Source: Proteobacteria bacterium UBA981 (GTDB lineage Bacteria; Pseudomonadota; Gammaproteobacteria; Ga0077536). From it: DNA of 64,000 bases. Under the pieces are notes generated by a model. It saw only the letters and a list, made by a program, of their open reading frames with translations. It was not told the origin of the DNA and ran no database searches. Shown piece by piece: positions 9,806-20,328 of the stretch. The DNA lies in assembly GCA_002292285.1 (NCBI GenBank), contig DBBP01000021.1:12328-76327 (forward strand), given 5' to 3'. How positions within the stretch are numbered: the stretch's first letter is position 1; the number at the start of each line of letters is the position of its first letter. Made by a program: the position numbers and the translations under genes.

Positions 9806-10184
9806 AACGGTCTTCCATGTGACGCGCGGTTACCTATTTGAAACCGTTTCGTGCAGGTCGCGAGTCGGTAAAGCGTAGCGCGATTCACACGACTCGTGCG
9901 GTCGCGCGAAAGTTCGCGGCAGGTAATACGTTGATCGAATGCACGACCTGCGCGCCTTAGCGATCTGCCCGCTTGTGCGCGACCTGAAACTACTGTGCTC
10001 ATCCAACCTGGCGCTGTACATCGGCCTCAGGCAACGGCGCCCCTTACAGGTTTCGTTGCAACTGCTCATAAACCCACATTGGCTATAAGCCCAACTCGTG
10101 GGCAACAACAGGTTCCGGCCGTCAAGGTCGATAAAGGCGCCGTCTGTGTGCACTGTTCAGCAGCTCTGCTCGCGCAGCGTCGGT

Positions 10185-10652
10185 TCAGTTCAGAGGGTCC
10201 AGCACCACGACCGGAATCTCACGACTGGTCCGCTGTTCATACTCGAGTTGCTGCGGTTGTTCGGCGGTGATGAGTTGCCACCAGGCCGCGCGTTCCACGC
10301 CACTGACGGTGCGCGCACGGACTCGGCGGCGCTCACTTGCAATCTGCATTTCACAGTCTGGCGCGGCTTCGAGGTTCAAATACCACACCGGGTGGTTTGG
10401 CATGCCGCCCTTAGACGCGACGATGGCGATTTCCTCACCGCGCTTGTAGTACTGCAGTACGCTCTCCAGCGCCCGGCCACTTTTGCGGCCACGATGGAAC
10501 AACAACAAACAAGGTACGGCCCCACCTGGTACACCGATGACTATCGGGTCCCACATGTGTGCTGCGTCCGGGTCCTCGTGGTATTGCTTGTGGTGCTGTG
10601 CGAAGGCTTCCAGTACCTCCGGAGGGAATTCGTTGGGGTTGTTGCCGCTCAT
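10185..10652 (-). CDS. Nitroreductase/quinone reductase family (DDN-like, F420H2-dependent) protein
   Basis: GRKSG, VASKGG, HPVWYLNL, YEQRTSREIPVVVL. Confidence 0.85.
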   Translation of the reverse strand: MSGNNPNEFPPEVLEAFAQHHKQYHEDPDAAHMWDPIVIGVPGGAVPCLLLFHRGRKSGRALESVLQYYKRGEEIAIVASKGGMPNHPVWYLNLEAAPDCEMQIASERRRVRARTVSGVERAAWWQLITAEQPQQLEYEQRTSREIPVVVLDPLN

Positions 10653-10898
10653 TGCGCATTCCTCTATGTCGTCGCGAAACAGGGTTACTGTCCCCGAATT
10701 GGCGAAGCGGCACAAGAATTAGGGGAATGGCTTGGTGAGAGGACACCGTCCAGCGGTGTCCGTCTTTGGTCTTTGTACTCACCACGACATCGCCGGAGCG
10801 AACGGCAGTCTGTTGCGGACTCAAATGTTGCCGCGATTCAACTGTCTGCCGGAAGTGTCTAGAATCGAACCCGAATCCGTAAAGCAGCATCAGGGCCC

Positions 10899-11594
10899 AT
10901 GGGCATGCGAGACCGGCGAGCAATTGACGCGACAGCGCGCGGCCTACTCACAGCACTGTCCGTCATAGCGAGCGTCCACGCTGCGCCAGATGGCGAGCCC
11001 AGCGTTGCGGACGTGTACGCGCAATCGAGCCGTAGCGTGGTCGTGATTGTGGCCGGCACCCAGCAGACCGGTCGCTATGCGCAAGGTAGTGGTGTGGTCA
11101 TCAACCCTGCCATCGTAGTCACCAACTGCCACGTTCTGAAAACTGCGCAAGAAGTCAGTGTGGTCTACGACGAAGCAATCTATCCGGCACCACGCGTGCT
11201 GGACAGTAATATCGACCGCGACTTATGCGTTCTCGAAGTACCGGGCCTGCCGGCGCCCGCGATTGCGCTCGGATCGACGGTCGCCTTGCGTGTCGGCGAG
11301 AAAGTACTCGCGATTGGCGCACCGCACGGCGTCGACCTGGGGGTCGACCTGTCACTGTCTGAGGGCTTGATATCGTCCCTGCGCCGCACTGCCAACGAAG
11401 CCTATCCCATCATTCAGACCAGCGCGCCTATCTCCCAAGGTTCCAGCGGCGGCGCATTACTGGACCGCAATGGCGGCCTCATCGGTATCACCACAGCTGT
11501 GCACAAGAGTGGCCAGAATCTCAATTTTGCGGTGCCGGTTGATTGGGTGCGAGAGTTTCCGGCCGCGCAACCACGAGGTCTGCGCGACCGGTAA
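10899..11594 (+). CDS. Exported trypsin-like (S1C) serine protease, no PDZ domain
   Basis: GSGVVI, VTNCHV (His), DL (Asp), GSSGG (Ser); signal-peptide-like N-terminus. Confidence 0.85.
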   Translation: MGMRDRRAIDATARGLLTALSVIASVHAAPDGEPSVADVYAQSSRSVVVIVAGTQQTGRYAQGSGVVINPAIVVTNCHVLKTAQEVSVVYDEAIYPAPRVLDSNIDRDLCVLEVPGLPAPAIALGSTVALRVGEKVLAIGAPHGVDLGVDLSLSEGLISSLRRTANEAYPIIQTSAPISQGSSGGALLDRNGGLIGITTAVHKSGQNLNFAVPVDWVREFPAAQPRGLRDR

Positions 11595-11829
11595 GAGGCG
11601 GTTAACGATTCTTGTTTTCGCCACCGAATTAGCGTGGCGATATTATTCGTGTGCCTGCGGGTCAGGCCGCGGTTCTCCGTGCTCATAACGGCATCGTGCG
11701 GACGCGGCATCGCCACTTGCCTTGGTCCGAACATGGTCGAAGTCGCAGCGTGTGGCTTCGAACTTATTCCGACAGCCGAAACCCAGATATAACTGCCGTA
11801 GGTTGTGAAATAGCCGACCTGAGATTGGT

Positions 11830-13044
11830 TTAGGCTGTCGCCTTACTAAGCTCGCCAAACACACCCTCGCTTTCCAGAGCGGCAATGTCGTCGGGGCTCA
11901 ACCCTAGTTCGCCAAGTACCTCGGCGTTGTGCTCGCCGAGCGCGGGTGCACCACGCCGTACGCTAGTCGGGGTAGCGCCGAAGCGCGCTGCGGGGCGCGC
12001 CTGACGCAACGTACCCGCGTGATCGTGGGCGTAAGTTTCGACGATACCGTTTGCTGCAACCTGCGGATGCGCAATCATCTCGTTGCGAGTTAAGACCGGC
12101 GCGCAGGGCACGTTTTCGGCTTCCAGGCGCTGTAACCATTCGCGCGCCGGGCGCTCGAGCAAGGCTTCCTGAATGATCGCCAGGCGATCGTTAATGTTCC
12201 GGTCACGCAACGCCGGCGTTTTGAAACGCGGATCCTCCAGCCACTCAGGACGCTCGAGCGCGCGCGTTAAACCTCGCCACTCATGATCCTGCATCACCGC
12301 CACGCTGATATGGCCGTCCGCTGTTGCATAGATCAGATCGATAAAACTGGCCGCGTGCTGCTGCGGCAACTCGTCGCCGACGAATGTTTGGCTGCCCATG
12401 TCGGAATGCCATAAAAACGCCACCACTGCATCAACCATCGACAAGTGCACATGCTGCCCCTCACCGCTGCGCTCGCGCGCGAGCAGTGCCGCAGTGATCG
12501 CCTGCGCGGCGGTGATGGCTGTCATCTTGTCCGGTAGGATGGTCCGCACGAGACGTGGTTTGGCTTCATCAGAACCGGCCTGCACAGTCGCCAGACCGGA
12601 CAACGACTGAATGAGCGGATCGTAGACCGGCCGGTTGGCGTACGGGCCTTCGAAACCAAAGCCCGCGATCGAGACATAGACGATGTCGGGTTTGACCGCG
12701 CGCACCGCAGCTTCGCCAAGGCCAATGCGCTCGGCAACGCCGGGCCGGAAATTTTGTATAAAAACGTCGGCCGACTTGATGAGGTCCAACAAGAGGCTAA
12801 GCGCACGCGGTTGTTTAAGGTCCAGGGCCAGCGAACGCTTGTTACGATTGTTGTTGAGAAATCCTGCGGAGAAATCGTTGCGCCGATTACCGCCCTTGCG
12901 CACGTAGTCGCCGCCGGACGGATTCTCAACTTTGATCACGTCCGCACCTTGGTCACCCAGCATCATCGTCGCCATCGGTCCCGAAATCATCGACGTCAAA
13001 TCGATGATGCGATAGCCGGTAAGAGGTCCTGACATTTTGCTCAT
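11830..13044 (-). CDS. CaiB/BaiF family CoA transferase
   Basis: PLTGYRIIDL, GADVIKVE, NRNKRSLALDLK, QNFRPG. Confidence 0.93.
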   Translation of the reverse strand: MSKMSGPLTGYRIIDLTSMISGPMATMMLGDQGADVIKVENPSGGDYVRKGGNRRNDFSAGFLNNNRNKRSLALDLKQPRALSLLLDLIKSADVFIQNFRPGVAERIGLGEAAVRAVKPDIVYVSIAGFGFEGPYANRPVYDPLIQSLSGLATVQAGSDEAKPRLVRTILPDKMTAITAAQAITAALLARERSGEGQHVHLSMVDAVVAFLWHSDMGSQTFVGDELPQQHAASFIDLIYATADGHISVAVMQDHEWRGLTRALERPEWLEDPRFKTPALRDRNINDRLAIIQEALLERPAREWLQRLEAENVPCAPVLTRNEMIAHPQVAANGIVETYAHDHAGTLRQARPAARFGATPTSVRRGAPALGEHNAEVLGELGLSPDDIAALESEGVFGELSKATA

Positions 13045-13129
13045 CCCGCAAAGTTGGTGTGGCCGAAAGCTTAACGCGATTTAAGGCAGCACACCCTAAC
13101 CGCCCTTTTTCGATCAGCTGGTCGTGTAG

Positions 13130-13783
13130 TCAAATGCCCACGAACTTTTGCGCCAGGCGCGCAACCAGCGAGTCGAACTTGAGTGATCCTTCCGTCGCAG
13201 CAAGGCAAATACACTCATCATTCCCCGTCACCATAGGCTGATGATAAGTAGTCTCATCAGCATCCTCGATATCACCTGCCTTGAATAAATCTTCGCCGCA
13301 AAAGTAAGCACCTTTGAGAACCAGAGTCAGCTCACTACCTTCATGCGTATGTTGCGGTAGTACTTTCCCCGGGCGCGCTTTGAGTAACCACATCTTAATA
13401 TTGTCTTCTTCAGTCAGGCGACAGATTTGCAGTCCGCCTCCCAAACGCCGCCAGCGTAACGAGTCACTACTGCACTTAAGATAGGTTCGCACGAAGAAAT
13501 CGAAGCCGCCATTCGCGCCCACGTCTACCGCCCGCGATGGAAGATCGTCTGCGAATGAATCCACCTCTGGCAGCATGTCTGGATCAACGGGCCGGGGTGC
13601 AGCATGCGTTTGGTTTCCTCGCGCCAGTATTTCTCCACCGAGGCGTTCGTCGAGCGCAACATCGGACCGGCATGAGGGACAAGTCCCAACATGAGCCGTG
13701 AGGATGGTTTCGAACGCGTCAGGGAGATTTCCCAGCGCGTAATCCATCAACCACGCTTCGCTGGGATGATGATTTACACTCAT
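13130..13783 (-). CDS. chrR: ChrR anti-sigma factor
   Basis: HHPS N-terminus, HxxxCxxC zinc motif (HVGTCPSC), cupin HTHEGSELTLVLKG; coupled to rpoE. Confidence 0.92.
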   Translation of the reverse strand: MSVNHHPSEAWLMDYALGNLPDAFETILTAHVGTCPSCRSDVALDERLGGEILARGNQTHAAPRPVDPDMLPEVDSFADDLPSRAVDVGANGGFDFFVRTYLKCSSDSLRWRRLGGGLQICRLTEEDNIKMWLLKARPGKVLPQHTHEGSELTLVLKGAYFCGEDLFKAGDIEDADETTYHQPMVTGNDECICLAATEGSLKFDSLVARLAQKFVGI

Positions 13784-14412
13784 ATCGTCACTCCCATGCG
13801 CTCGCGAAGCTTCTTGAAGGCCAACCGTATGCGAGATTTGGTTGTACCGATTGATACGCCCAGGCGTTCGGCAATCTCACGGTGCGAATAACCTTCCACG
13901 AAAGCAAGAACAATGACTTCGGCTTGTTCGGGCGGCACGTCTTTCAACAGTTCGGCAACGGCCGCGGCGTCTACATAATTCGCCGCCCGGTCTCCTTTAT
14001 CGATCGCCGACGGTGAATCATGTTGCAAACGTTGAAACGCGTTCGCTTCTCTTTGCTGCGACCGTTTGAGGTCGATATAGCGGTTACGCGCAAGGGTGTA
14101 GATCCATGTCCGCGCCGAGGCCTTATCCGCATCAAACAGCCTCGCCTTGGTCCAGACCGCCAGCATGACGTCCTGCGCAACGGCGTCCGGTCCCTCCGCA
14201 TCCACTCCCAGCGAGGGGACGTAGTTCGTAACGCGCGGCGCGAATAACGCAAACAGATGCTCGAAAGCATCGCGGTCGCCATGATCGCGAACCTGAACGA
14301 GTAGCGCTGTTTCGTGATTCCGCCGTTTCTGCTCGCGGGCTTCTGCGGCCGAATCAATCGGAGTTATCTGAGCCATCGTGATCGGATCAGGCAGGTCGCT
14401 TCCAGGATACAT
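13780..14412 (-). CDS. rpoE: ECF sigma factor of the sigmaE-ChrR (singlet oxygen response) type
   Basis: QDVMLAVW, TWIYTLARNRYID, SHREIAERLGVSIGTTKSRIRLA; adjacent to chrR. Confidence 0.9.
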   Translation of the reverse strand: MYPGSDLPDPITMAQITPIDSAAEAREQKRRNHETALLVQVRDHGDRDAFEHLFALFAPRVTNYVPSLGVDAEGPDAVAQDVMLAVWTKARLFDADKASARTWIYTLARNRYIDLKRSQQREANAFQRLQHDSPSAIDKGDRAANYVDAAAVAELLKDVPPEQAEVIVLAFVEGYSHREIAERLGVSIGTTKSRIRLAFKKLRERMGVTI

Positions 14413-14420
14413 GGACCAAA

Positions 14421-14446
14421 CACGACGGTCGGACCGATTCGGATCA
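14421..14446 (-). promoter_or_regulatory. Putative sigmaE promoter for rpoE-chrR (TGATCC-N15-TCGTG)
   Basis: Minus-strand TGATCC at 14446-14441 and TCGTG at 14425-14421, near the R. sphaeroides/Caulobacter-type consensus TGATCC-N15-GCGTA. Confidence 0.7.
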
Positions 14447-14459
14447 CCTCGAAACGAAG

Positions 14460-14485
14460 TGATCCAGAAACCCGCCCTCGGCGTA
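14460..14485 (+). promoter_or_regulatory. SigmaE promoter for the ufaD-ufaO-ufaM-MFS operon (TGATCC-N15-GCGTA)
   Basis: TGATCC at 14460-14465, 15-nt spacer, GCGTA at 14481-14485: exact consensus match. Confidence 0.82.
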
Positions 14486-14519
14486 TACAGGAATTATAGG
14501 GTGATTGAGGTATTGCGCA

Positions 14520-15864
14520 TTGAGCGACTCGACTGAGCGACGGCGCATTGCTGTGGTTGGCGGCGGAATCGCGGGTACGGGTGCGGCGTGGCAACTGGCA
14601 TCTCGGCATGCGGTCACATTGTTCGAATGCAATGACTACGTTGGCGGCCACGCGAATACGGCTGAGCTGGAGATGGATGGGCAGTCGATACCTGTCGATA
14701 CCTGTCGATACGGGGTTCATTGTCTTTAATGATCGTAATTACCCCAATCTAACCGCTTTATTCGAACGCTTAGGCGTCGAAATCGCCGATAGCGACATGT
14801 CTTTCGGGATTTCATTGCAAAACGGCGGTTTCGAGTACTCGGGCTCCGATCTGGCTGGCTTGTTCGCGCAGCCCGCCAACATAGTCAAACCCGCTTTCTG
14901 GGCGATGCTGGCCGACATCAAACGCTTTTACCGGCGCGCGCCAGACTATCTTGCGTCCGTTGACCATTCGGTAAGCATCAGCACGCTCCTGAAGGCTGAA
15001 AACTATTGTGCCGCTTTCATCGAATATCACCTGATGCCCATGGCAGCCGCCATCTGGTCGGCGTCGAGGACAGATATCGCGCGCTACCCGGCGTACGCAT
15101 TTATTCGCTTTTTCCAGAATCACGGCTTGCTCATGCTAACCGATCGACCGCAGTGGAAAACCGTGGTTGGCGGCAGTCGCCAATACGTTAAAAGGCTTCT
15201 GTCAGACCGCCCGATCGGGCAAAACCTCAGCACCAGAATCGTCTCACTCACGCGCACAGATAATGGCGTTGTCCTCGTTGACCAGCACGGTCATCGTGCT
15301 TCGTTTGACGATGTCGTCATTGCTACGCATGCCGATCAGGCCTTAGAACTGCTGGACGATGCGACGGCTGAAGAACGTCAAGCCCTGGGGCAGTTCAGGT
15401 ACAGCAAAAACACAGCCTGGCTGCACAACGATATTGAACTCATGCCGCGCCGCCGTCTCGCCTGGTCAAGTTGGAATTACCTGCAGGCTACGCCGGATCC
15501 CCTGCGACCGCTCACCGTGACTTATTGGATGAACCGCTTGCAACCGCTGGCAACCGACCGGGAACTTTTCGTTACCTTGAACCCGGAACGGCCGCCACGA
15601 ACGGGACTGACTTACGGTGAGTTTGACTACGAGCACCCCGTATTTACGGCCGCTACTGATCGCGCCCAACAACTCATGGCAATGCTCCAGGGCCGCCGCC
15701 GAACGTGGTTTTGCGGAGCCTACCTTGGACATGGGTTTCATGAGGACGGTTTGCAATCCGGCTTGTGGGTGGCCGATCAACTTGGCGCAGAGCGTCTTCT
15801 CGACGAGCCCTGTTTTGACCGGCTGCCTGAAAGCTTCCATCAAGGTTATTCAAAAGCCGCATGA
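14520..15864 (+). pseudogene. FAD-dependent oxidoreductase (UfaD/RSP1091-like fatty acyl desaturase), frameshifted by a 10-bp tandem duplication
   Basis: IAVVGGGIAG FAD motif and GGHANT in one frame; PVDTGFIVFN...GFHEDG in another; CCTGTCGATA present at both 14691-14700 and 14701-14710. Confidence 0.8.
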
Positions 15865-16634
15865 GTCATCCCGTTACAACCCGTTCCGGCATCTACCGGG
15901 GCATCGTCCATCACGTGCGGGACCTGCCGGAGCAACATCAATTCCACTACGAAATCCCTTACTTTCTGTTTAATCTCGATGAGCTGCCCTCGCTCGACCG
16001 TCTCTCCCGGGTCTTCGCTGTTAACCGAAAAGCGTGGTTTTCATGGTACGACTCCGACCACGGCGATGGCACGAATCGCCCTTATCGCGCGTACCTCGAC
16101 GAATTGCTGCTCGACCACGGCATTTCCAGTCCGGCGAAAACCTATCTTGTGATGACCTTACCGCGAACGCTCGGCTACGCATTCAATCCATTAACGGTTG
16201 TGCATTGCCTGGACCATCAGGGGCAGACGCTGGCAACGGTCTACGAGGTGAACAACACCGCGGGCGAACGTGTGAATTACGTTATCACCACCGAGAATCA
16301 AACCGCGCAGAAGGCCATGCCGGTTTCGCCTTTCTTTGAATCGTCCGGCACTTACCGATTCGAAGCGCCGGTTCCTGCTGAACGTTTGTCGTTGAGGATT
16401 GTTTATCGGGACGTTAGTGGCGGCATTCTTAACACCAGCTTTAACGGTCACCGCGAACCGTTCACTGCGAGAGCCTTGCGGCGCACCATGATGGCCTATC
16501 CGCTGGTTGCGCTGAAAGTTATCGCTGCAATTCATTTCGAAGCACTGAAACTTTGGTTCAAGGGCGTGCCTTTCATCGGCCTGTCGTCCAAACCGCAACA
16601 GCCCCTAGATACTCGTGGAATCAAGGAAACCTGA
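15861..16634 (+). CDS. DUF1365 family protein (UfaO/RSP1090-like)
   Basis: PRTLGYAFNPL, YEVNNT, VSPFF, IHFEALKLWFKG; located between the FAD oxidoreductase and CFA-like methyltransferase. Confidence 0.88.
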   Translation: MSHPVTTRSGIYRGIVHHVRDLPEQHQFHYEIPYFLFNLDELPSLDRLSRVFAVNRKAWFSWYDSDHGDGTNRPYRAYLDELLLDHGISSPAKTYLVMTLPRTLGYAFNPLTVVHCLDHQGQTLATVYEVNNTAGERVNYVITTENQTAQKAMPVSPFFESSGTYRFEAPVPAERLSLRIVYRDVSGGILNTSFNGHREPFTARALRRTMMAYPLVALKVIAAIHFEALKLWFKGVPFIGLSSKPQQPLDTRGIKET

Positions 16635-17851
16635 TGAGACTCGAAACTATCGTCGCACGTAGACATCTCCCGCATCTGTTCGATAGCAGCGCGTTCTTAC
16701 TTGAAAAACTGATCGACGAGCTTAGTGTCGGCACGCTCGAAGTGATATTGCCAAACGGCCGGCACTTGCTCTTCAGCGGCCGGAATCGACCTGAAATTAG
16801 TGCGCAGTTGCGCATCGACAAACCTCGAGCGCTTCGGAGATTAGTGACGGGTGGTGCGGTTGGATTTGCCGAGGGCTATCTGGAAGGCGATTGGTCGACA
16901 TCGTCGTTACCCGATTTACTAAGGCTCGCTGCGTTCAACGATGAGGCCCTGGCATCACGTACCCAGGGACTATCGCTGCAGCGCCTCATCCACCGCCTGC
17001 AACACCTGGCAAACAGTAATTCCCGTGAGCGCGCACGCCGAAACATTTCCTACCACTACGATTTAGGCAATGATTTTTATAGTGCGTGGCTTGACGAAAG
17101 CATGACCTACTCCGCAGCGCTGTTCACTAGCCCGGACATGTCACTGACCGCGGCCCAGCGCGCGAAGCTTGATCGCCTCGCCGACATGGCAGACATCAGT
17201 GGTAGCGTTGGTGTACTGGAGATCGGTTGCGGTTGGGGTAGCTTCCTGGAGCGGGTTGCAGAGCGGACTCACGGCCATCTGACCGGCGTATCGATTTCCG
17301 AGCGTCAGTCCGAATTCGCGCGGCAACGCCTTGCGGCGCGGAATATCCGCAATGTCAGCGTTGAACTTCGCGACTACCGTGACGTGGCCGGGTCGTTTGA
17401 CCGTATCGTGTCGGTGGAAATGTTCGAGGCGGTCGGTGAAAAGTACTGGCCGACTTACGCGCAAACCATCAAGCGCCTGTTACGACAGGACGGTAAAGCA
17501 GCGTTACAGGTCATTACAATTGATGAATCGCGTTTCGACCAGTATCGAAAATCTGCCGACTTTATTCAGCGTTACATTTTCCCCGGCGGGATGCTGCCTT
17601 CGAAGCGCAAGCTCAACGAAGTATTCGAGGACGCTGACATGCGCGTCACAGATACGCTGAGTTTTGGCCGTGACTATGCGACGACCCTGGCACTTTGGCG
17701 CGAGCGATTTCACGCGGCATGGCCGGCGCTCCGTGAACTCGGGTTTGACGAGCGGTTCAAGCGTATGTGGGATTACTATTTTGCATACTGTGAGGGTGGA
17801 TTTTCGGCCGGCAGTATCGATGTCGTGCAAATTCGCGTCGAGCATCCCTAG
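16634..17851 (+). CDS. Cyclopropane-fatty-acyl-phospholipid synthase family methyltransferase (UfaM/CfaS-like)
   Basis: NISYHYDLGNDFY, LEIGCGWG, SVEMFEAVG, FIQRYIFPGG, YCEGGF. Confidence 0.92.
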   Translation: MRLETIVARRHLPHLFDSSAFLLEKLIDELSVGTLEVILPNGRHLLFSGRNRPEISAQLRIDKPRALRRLVTGGAVGFAEGYLEGDWSTSSLPDLLRLAAFNDEALASRTQGLSLQRLIHRLQHLANSNSRERARRNISYHYDLGNDFYSAWLDESMTYSAALFTSPDMSLTAAQRAKLDRLADMADISGSVGVLEIGCGWGSFLERVAERTHGHLTGVSISERQSEFARQRLAARNIRNVSVELRDYRDVAGSFDRIVSVEMFEAVGEKYWPTYAQTIKRLLRQDGKAALQVITIDESRFDQYRKSADFIQRYIFPGGMLPSKRKLNEVFEDADMRVTDTLSFGRDYATTLALWRERFHAAWPALRELGFDERFKRMWDYYFAYCEGGFSAGSIDVVQIRVEHP

Positions 17852-19168
17852 TTGAGGCGCGTTAGTACCCGCCAAGTCATCGGGTATGGCGCACTGAATA
17901 CTGTCGCGGCGCTGCCAATCATTCCCATCGCAGTTCTTCTGCCGTCCTGGTACGCGGCCAATACAACCCTGGGATTACTGGCCATCGGTAGCGGACTTAC
18001 CATGGCTCGATTGGTGGATTTCTTCAGCGATCCGCTGGTCGGTATTCTGGTGGACCGCAGTACACTCGGTCGATGGCGGTACAAGCCCTGGATCATGGCC
18101 GGCACGGCGGCGGCATGCGTGGCGCTGTTCGCTCTCGCAACACCGCCGGTGGGCGTCGGCATAGGTCATATTGTTTTGTGGGCGGTGGTGTTATTCACCG
18201 GTTGGACGATGATTATGGTGCCCTACACAGCCTGGGGTGCGGAGCTGGCGGTCGACCCTGATGATCGCTCACGTCTCACTGCAAGTCGCGAAGTTGCCGG
18301 CATCATAGGGATTATTGCAGCGCTATCAGTGCCCGCGTTGCTGGCCGAGGGCGACAATATGCTGCTCGTCATTGCCTGCACGGCATCGATACTGGCGTTT
18401 CCGGCGCTCGCTATCTGCTTTAGCCTGGTACGCGATCTGCCTGCGGGGTCTTTGGGTGCGGAGCCGGTGGTCCGGTTTCACGATTTGTTGAGCTTGCTCA
18501 GATTTCGGCCGATGGGCCGAACAATGCTTTTTTGGGTGCTGAACAGTATTGCGAACAGTCTTCCTGCGGTGCTGTTCCCGATTATCGTAACGGGATACTT
18601 CGGGCTCGAAGACAAGCGCCTCTATCAGCTTCTGCTGATTTATTTCGGCAGCGCGATTGCGCTGACGCCGTTATGGTTGTTACTGGCAAAGCGTCTCGGG
18701 AAACTGGCTGCCTGGCGCCTGGCTCTGACCATCAGCTTGCTCGCGTTTCTACCTGTCCTCTTACTCCGACCCGACCAGGTTTCCTGGTTTGTAGTGATCT
18801 GCATTTTTACCGGCGGGACTCTTGCTGCCGATCTCGCCTTGCCTCCCTCGATTCAAGCTGACGTTCTTGAGTCAGACAGAGAATTGACGGGTTCCAGACG
18901 GTCAGGTGCAGCGTTTGCGCTGTGGTCGATGGCGACGAAGCTCGCTTTAGCAGCTGCCGTAGGCGGAGCGTTTATCGGGCTGCATTTTTTTGGAGTAGAA
19001 GTTGCTGATGGCATCGACCAGGCAGAATCGCTGCCACTGCTGGTGCTCTATGTTGCGATACCCGTCCTCCTCAAACTCGCTGTCGTCGTGATGAGTCGGC
19101 GATCGCCGTTTGATTTAGCACTTGAGCGCCAGGCGGCGACGCACGTACCGGCACGCCAGACCAATTAG
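17852..19168 (+). CDS. MFS (sugar:cation symporter-like) transporter
   Basis: Many hydrophobic segments, DPLVGILVDRS, PYTAWGAEL, ADLALPPSIQADV. Confidence 0.85.
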   Translation: MRRVSTRQVIGYGALNTVAALPIIPIAVLLPSWYAANTTLGLLAIGSGLTMARLVDFFSDPLVGILVDRSTLGRWRYKPWIMAGTAAACVALFALATPPVGVGIGHIVLWAVVLFTGWTMIMVPYTAWGAELAVDPDDRSRLTASREVAGIIGIIAALSVPALLAEGDNMLLVIACTASILAFPALAICFSLVRDLPAGSLGAEPVVRFHDLLSLLRFRPMGRTMLFWVLNSIANSLPAVLFPIIVTGYFGLEDKRLYQLLLIYFGSAIALTPLWLLLAKRLGKLAAWRLALTISLLAFLPVLLLRPDQVSWFVVICIFTGGTLAADLALPPSIQADVLESDRELTGSRRSGAAFALWSMATKLALAAAVGGAFIGLHFFGVEVADGIDQAESLPLLVLYVAIPVLLKLAVVVMSRRSPFDLALERQAATHVPARQTN

Positions 19169-19567
19169 CGGCAGCTCTTCATAAAGTTCGCGCGCAGCAT
19201 CCCAATAATCGAAGTGTCGTGAAACGCGTTCGTCAGGTGAAAAATCCAGTTCGGAGTAGCCGCGTACCTGCCAGAATTTATTACCGAAAGCACGCAGATT
19301 CCCGCTGAGATCCCAACGGATTGCCGCGATCGGCGCCTGTTGTTCAATTCGCGCGTCAAGCATGGCGGCGTGGGAAACGATAATTTTCAGATTTCCCAGA
19401 CTGCCGCACATCTCATCGATGACTCCCTCAAATTGTGCAAGGCCGCGTAGATCATTAAACGGGTCGCGAAAATGGATATCTGCTGTCACTACATCCACTG
19501 GACGCAGCGGAGTCTGAGTACCGATTGATTCGAAAAACTCTATATAACGCTCCAGCCCCGTGTTCAT
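19115..19567 (-). CDS. SnoaL/NTF2-like protein (RSP1088-like)
   Basis: FRDPFNDLRG, HFDYWDAARELYEELPLIG. Confidence 0.82.
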   Translation of the reverse strand: MNTGLERYIEFFESIGTQTPLRPVDVVTADIHFRDPFNDLRGLAQFEGVIDEMCGSLGNLKIIVSHAAMLDARIEQQAPIAAIRWDLSGNLRAFGNKFWQVRGYSELDFSPDERVSRHFDYWDAARELYEELPLIGLACRYVRRRLALKC

Positions 19568-20328
19568 TTCAACATCCTTTTTGCGAGAGAAAATTGCAAC
19601 GGGTAAGGCAGAGCGGCGAGCACACGCATCGCGATGCTCATGCGCACTGGAAAGCGAATCTCGAATTTGTTCTTATCAACGCCACGACATATCTCATATG
19701 CGGCCCGCTCAGTGCTCACCATAAACGGCATGGGAAAATCATTCTTCGCGGTTAGCGGCGTATCGACGAATCCCGGGCTAACCAGATGCAGCGAGATGCC
19801 GTCTCGTTTTAGCTCCGGATAGAGTGACTCAGACAGCCGTCGCAACGCCGCTTTGCCTGCACTGTAAGTAGCGGCATAAGGTAGCCCGAAATCACCCGCC
19901 ACCGAACCCACAATAACGAAGCTGCCCGAGCGACGTTTGCGCCAACCCGGCAACAACAACTCAATCGTCTCGGCCACGGCGAACACGTTGATTTCGAATA
20001 GTTTGCGCATTGCTGCGCTGCTAAAGTCATCAACCCCGCTTTGCTCATAAGTCCCCGCATTCAGGACCGCTACATCGATAGCGCCAAATGTCTGCTCAAT
20101 GTGCTCGATAGCCCGCCCGAGCGCCCGACTGTCAGTAACGTCAGCTGGAACACTGTGACAGCGTTGCGGGAACCCGCTCTCAACGCGAACCTTGTCCAGG
20201 GCCTCGGGCTTTCGCCCGGTCAAAAAAACCTGAGCTCCGCGATTCGCGTACTCGCGCACCAGTGCTGCGCCTATGCCGCTACTGGCGCCGGTAATCCAAA
20301 CATTCGGCGTATTCATCGGACTCGACAA
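19564..20328 (-). CDS. Short-chain dehydrogenase/reductase (RSP1087-like)
   Basis: WITGASSGIG, NAG, YSAGK, PGFVDTPLTAKNDFPMPF. Confidence 0.9.
   Translation of the reverse strand: MSSPMNTPNVWITGASSGIGAALVREYANRGAQVFLTGRKPEALDKVRVESGFPQRCHSVPADVTDSRALGRAIEHIEQTFGAIDVAVLNAGTYEQSGVDDFSSAAMRKLFEINVFAVAETIELLLPGWRKRRSGSFVIVGSVAGDFGLPYAATYSAGKAALRRLSESLYPELKRDGISLHLVSPGFVDTPLTAKNDFPMPFMVSTERAAYEICRGVDKNKFEIRFPVRMSIAMRVLAALPYPLQFSLAKRMLK

Noticed and set aside
14548-14700. N-terminus of the 438-aa ORF as predicted in the track
   Set aside because: The true FAD-binding N-terminus is in another frame (from 14520); this stretch is an artefact of the frameshift
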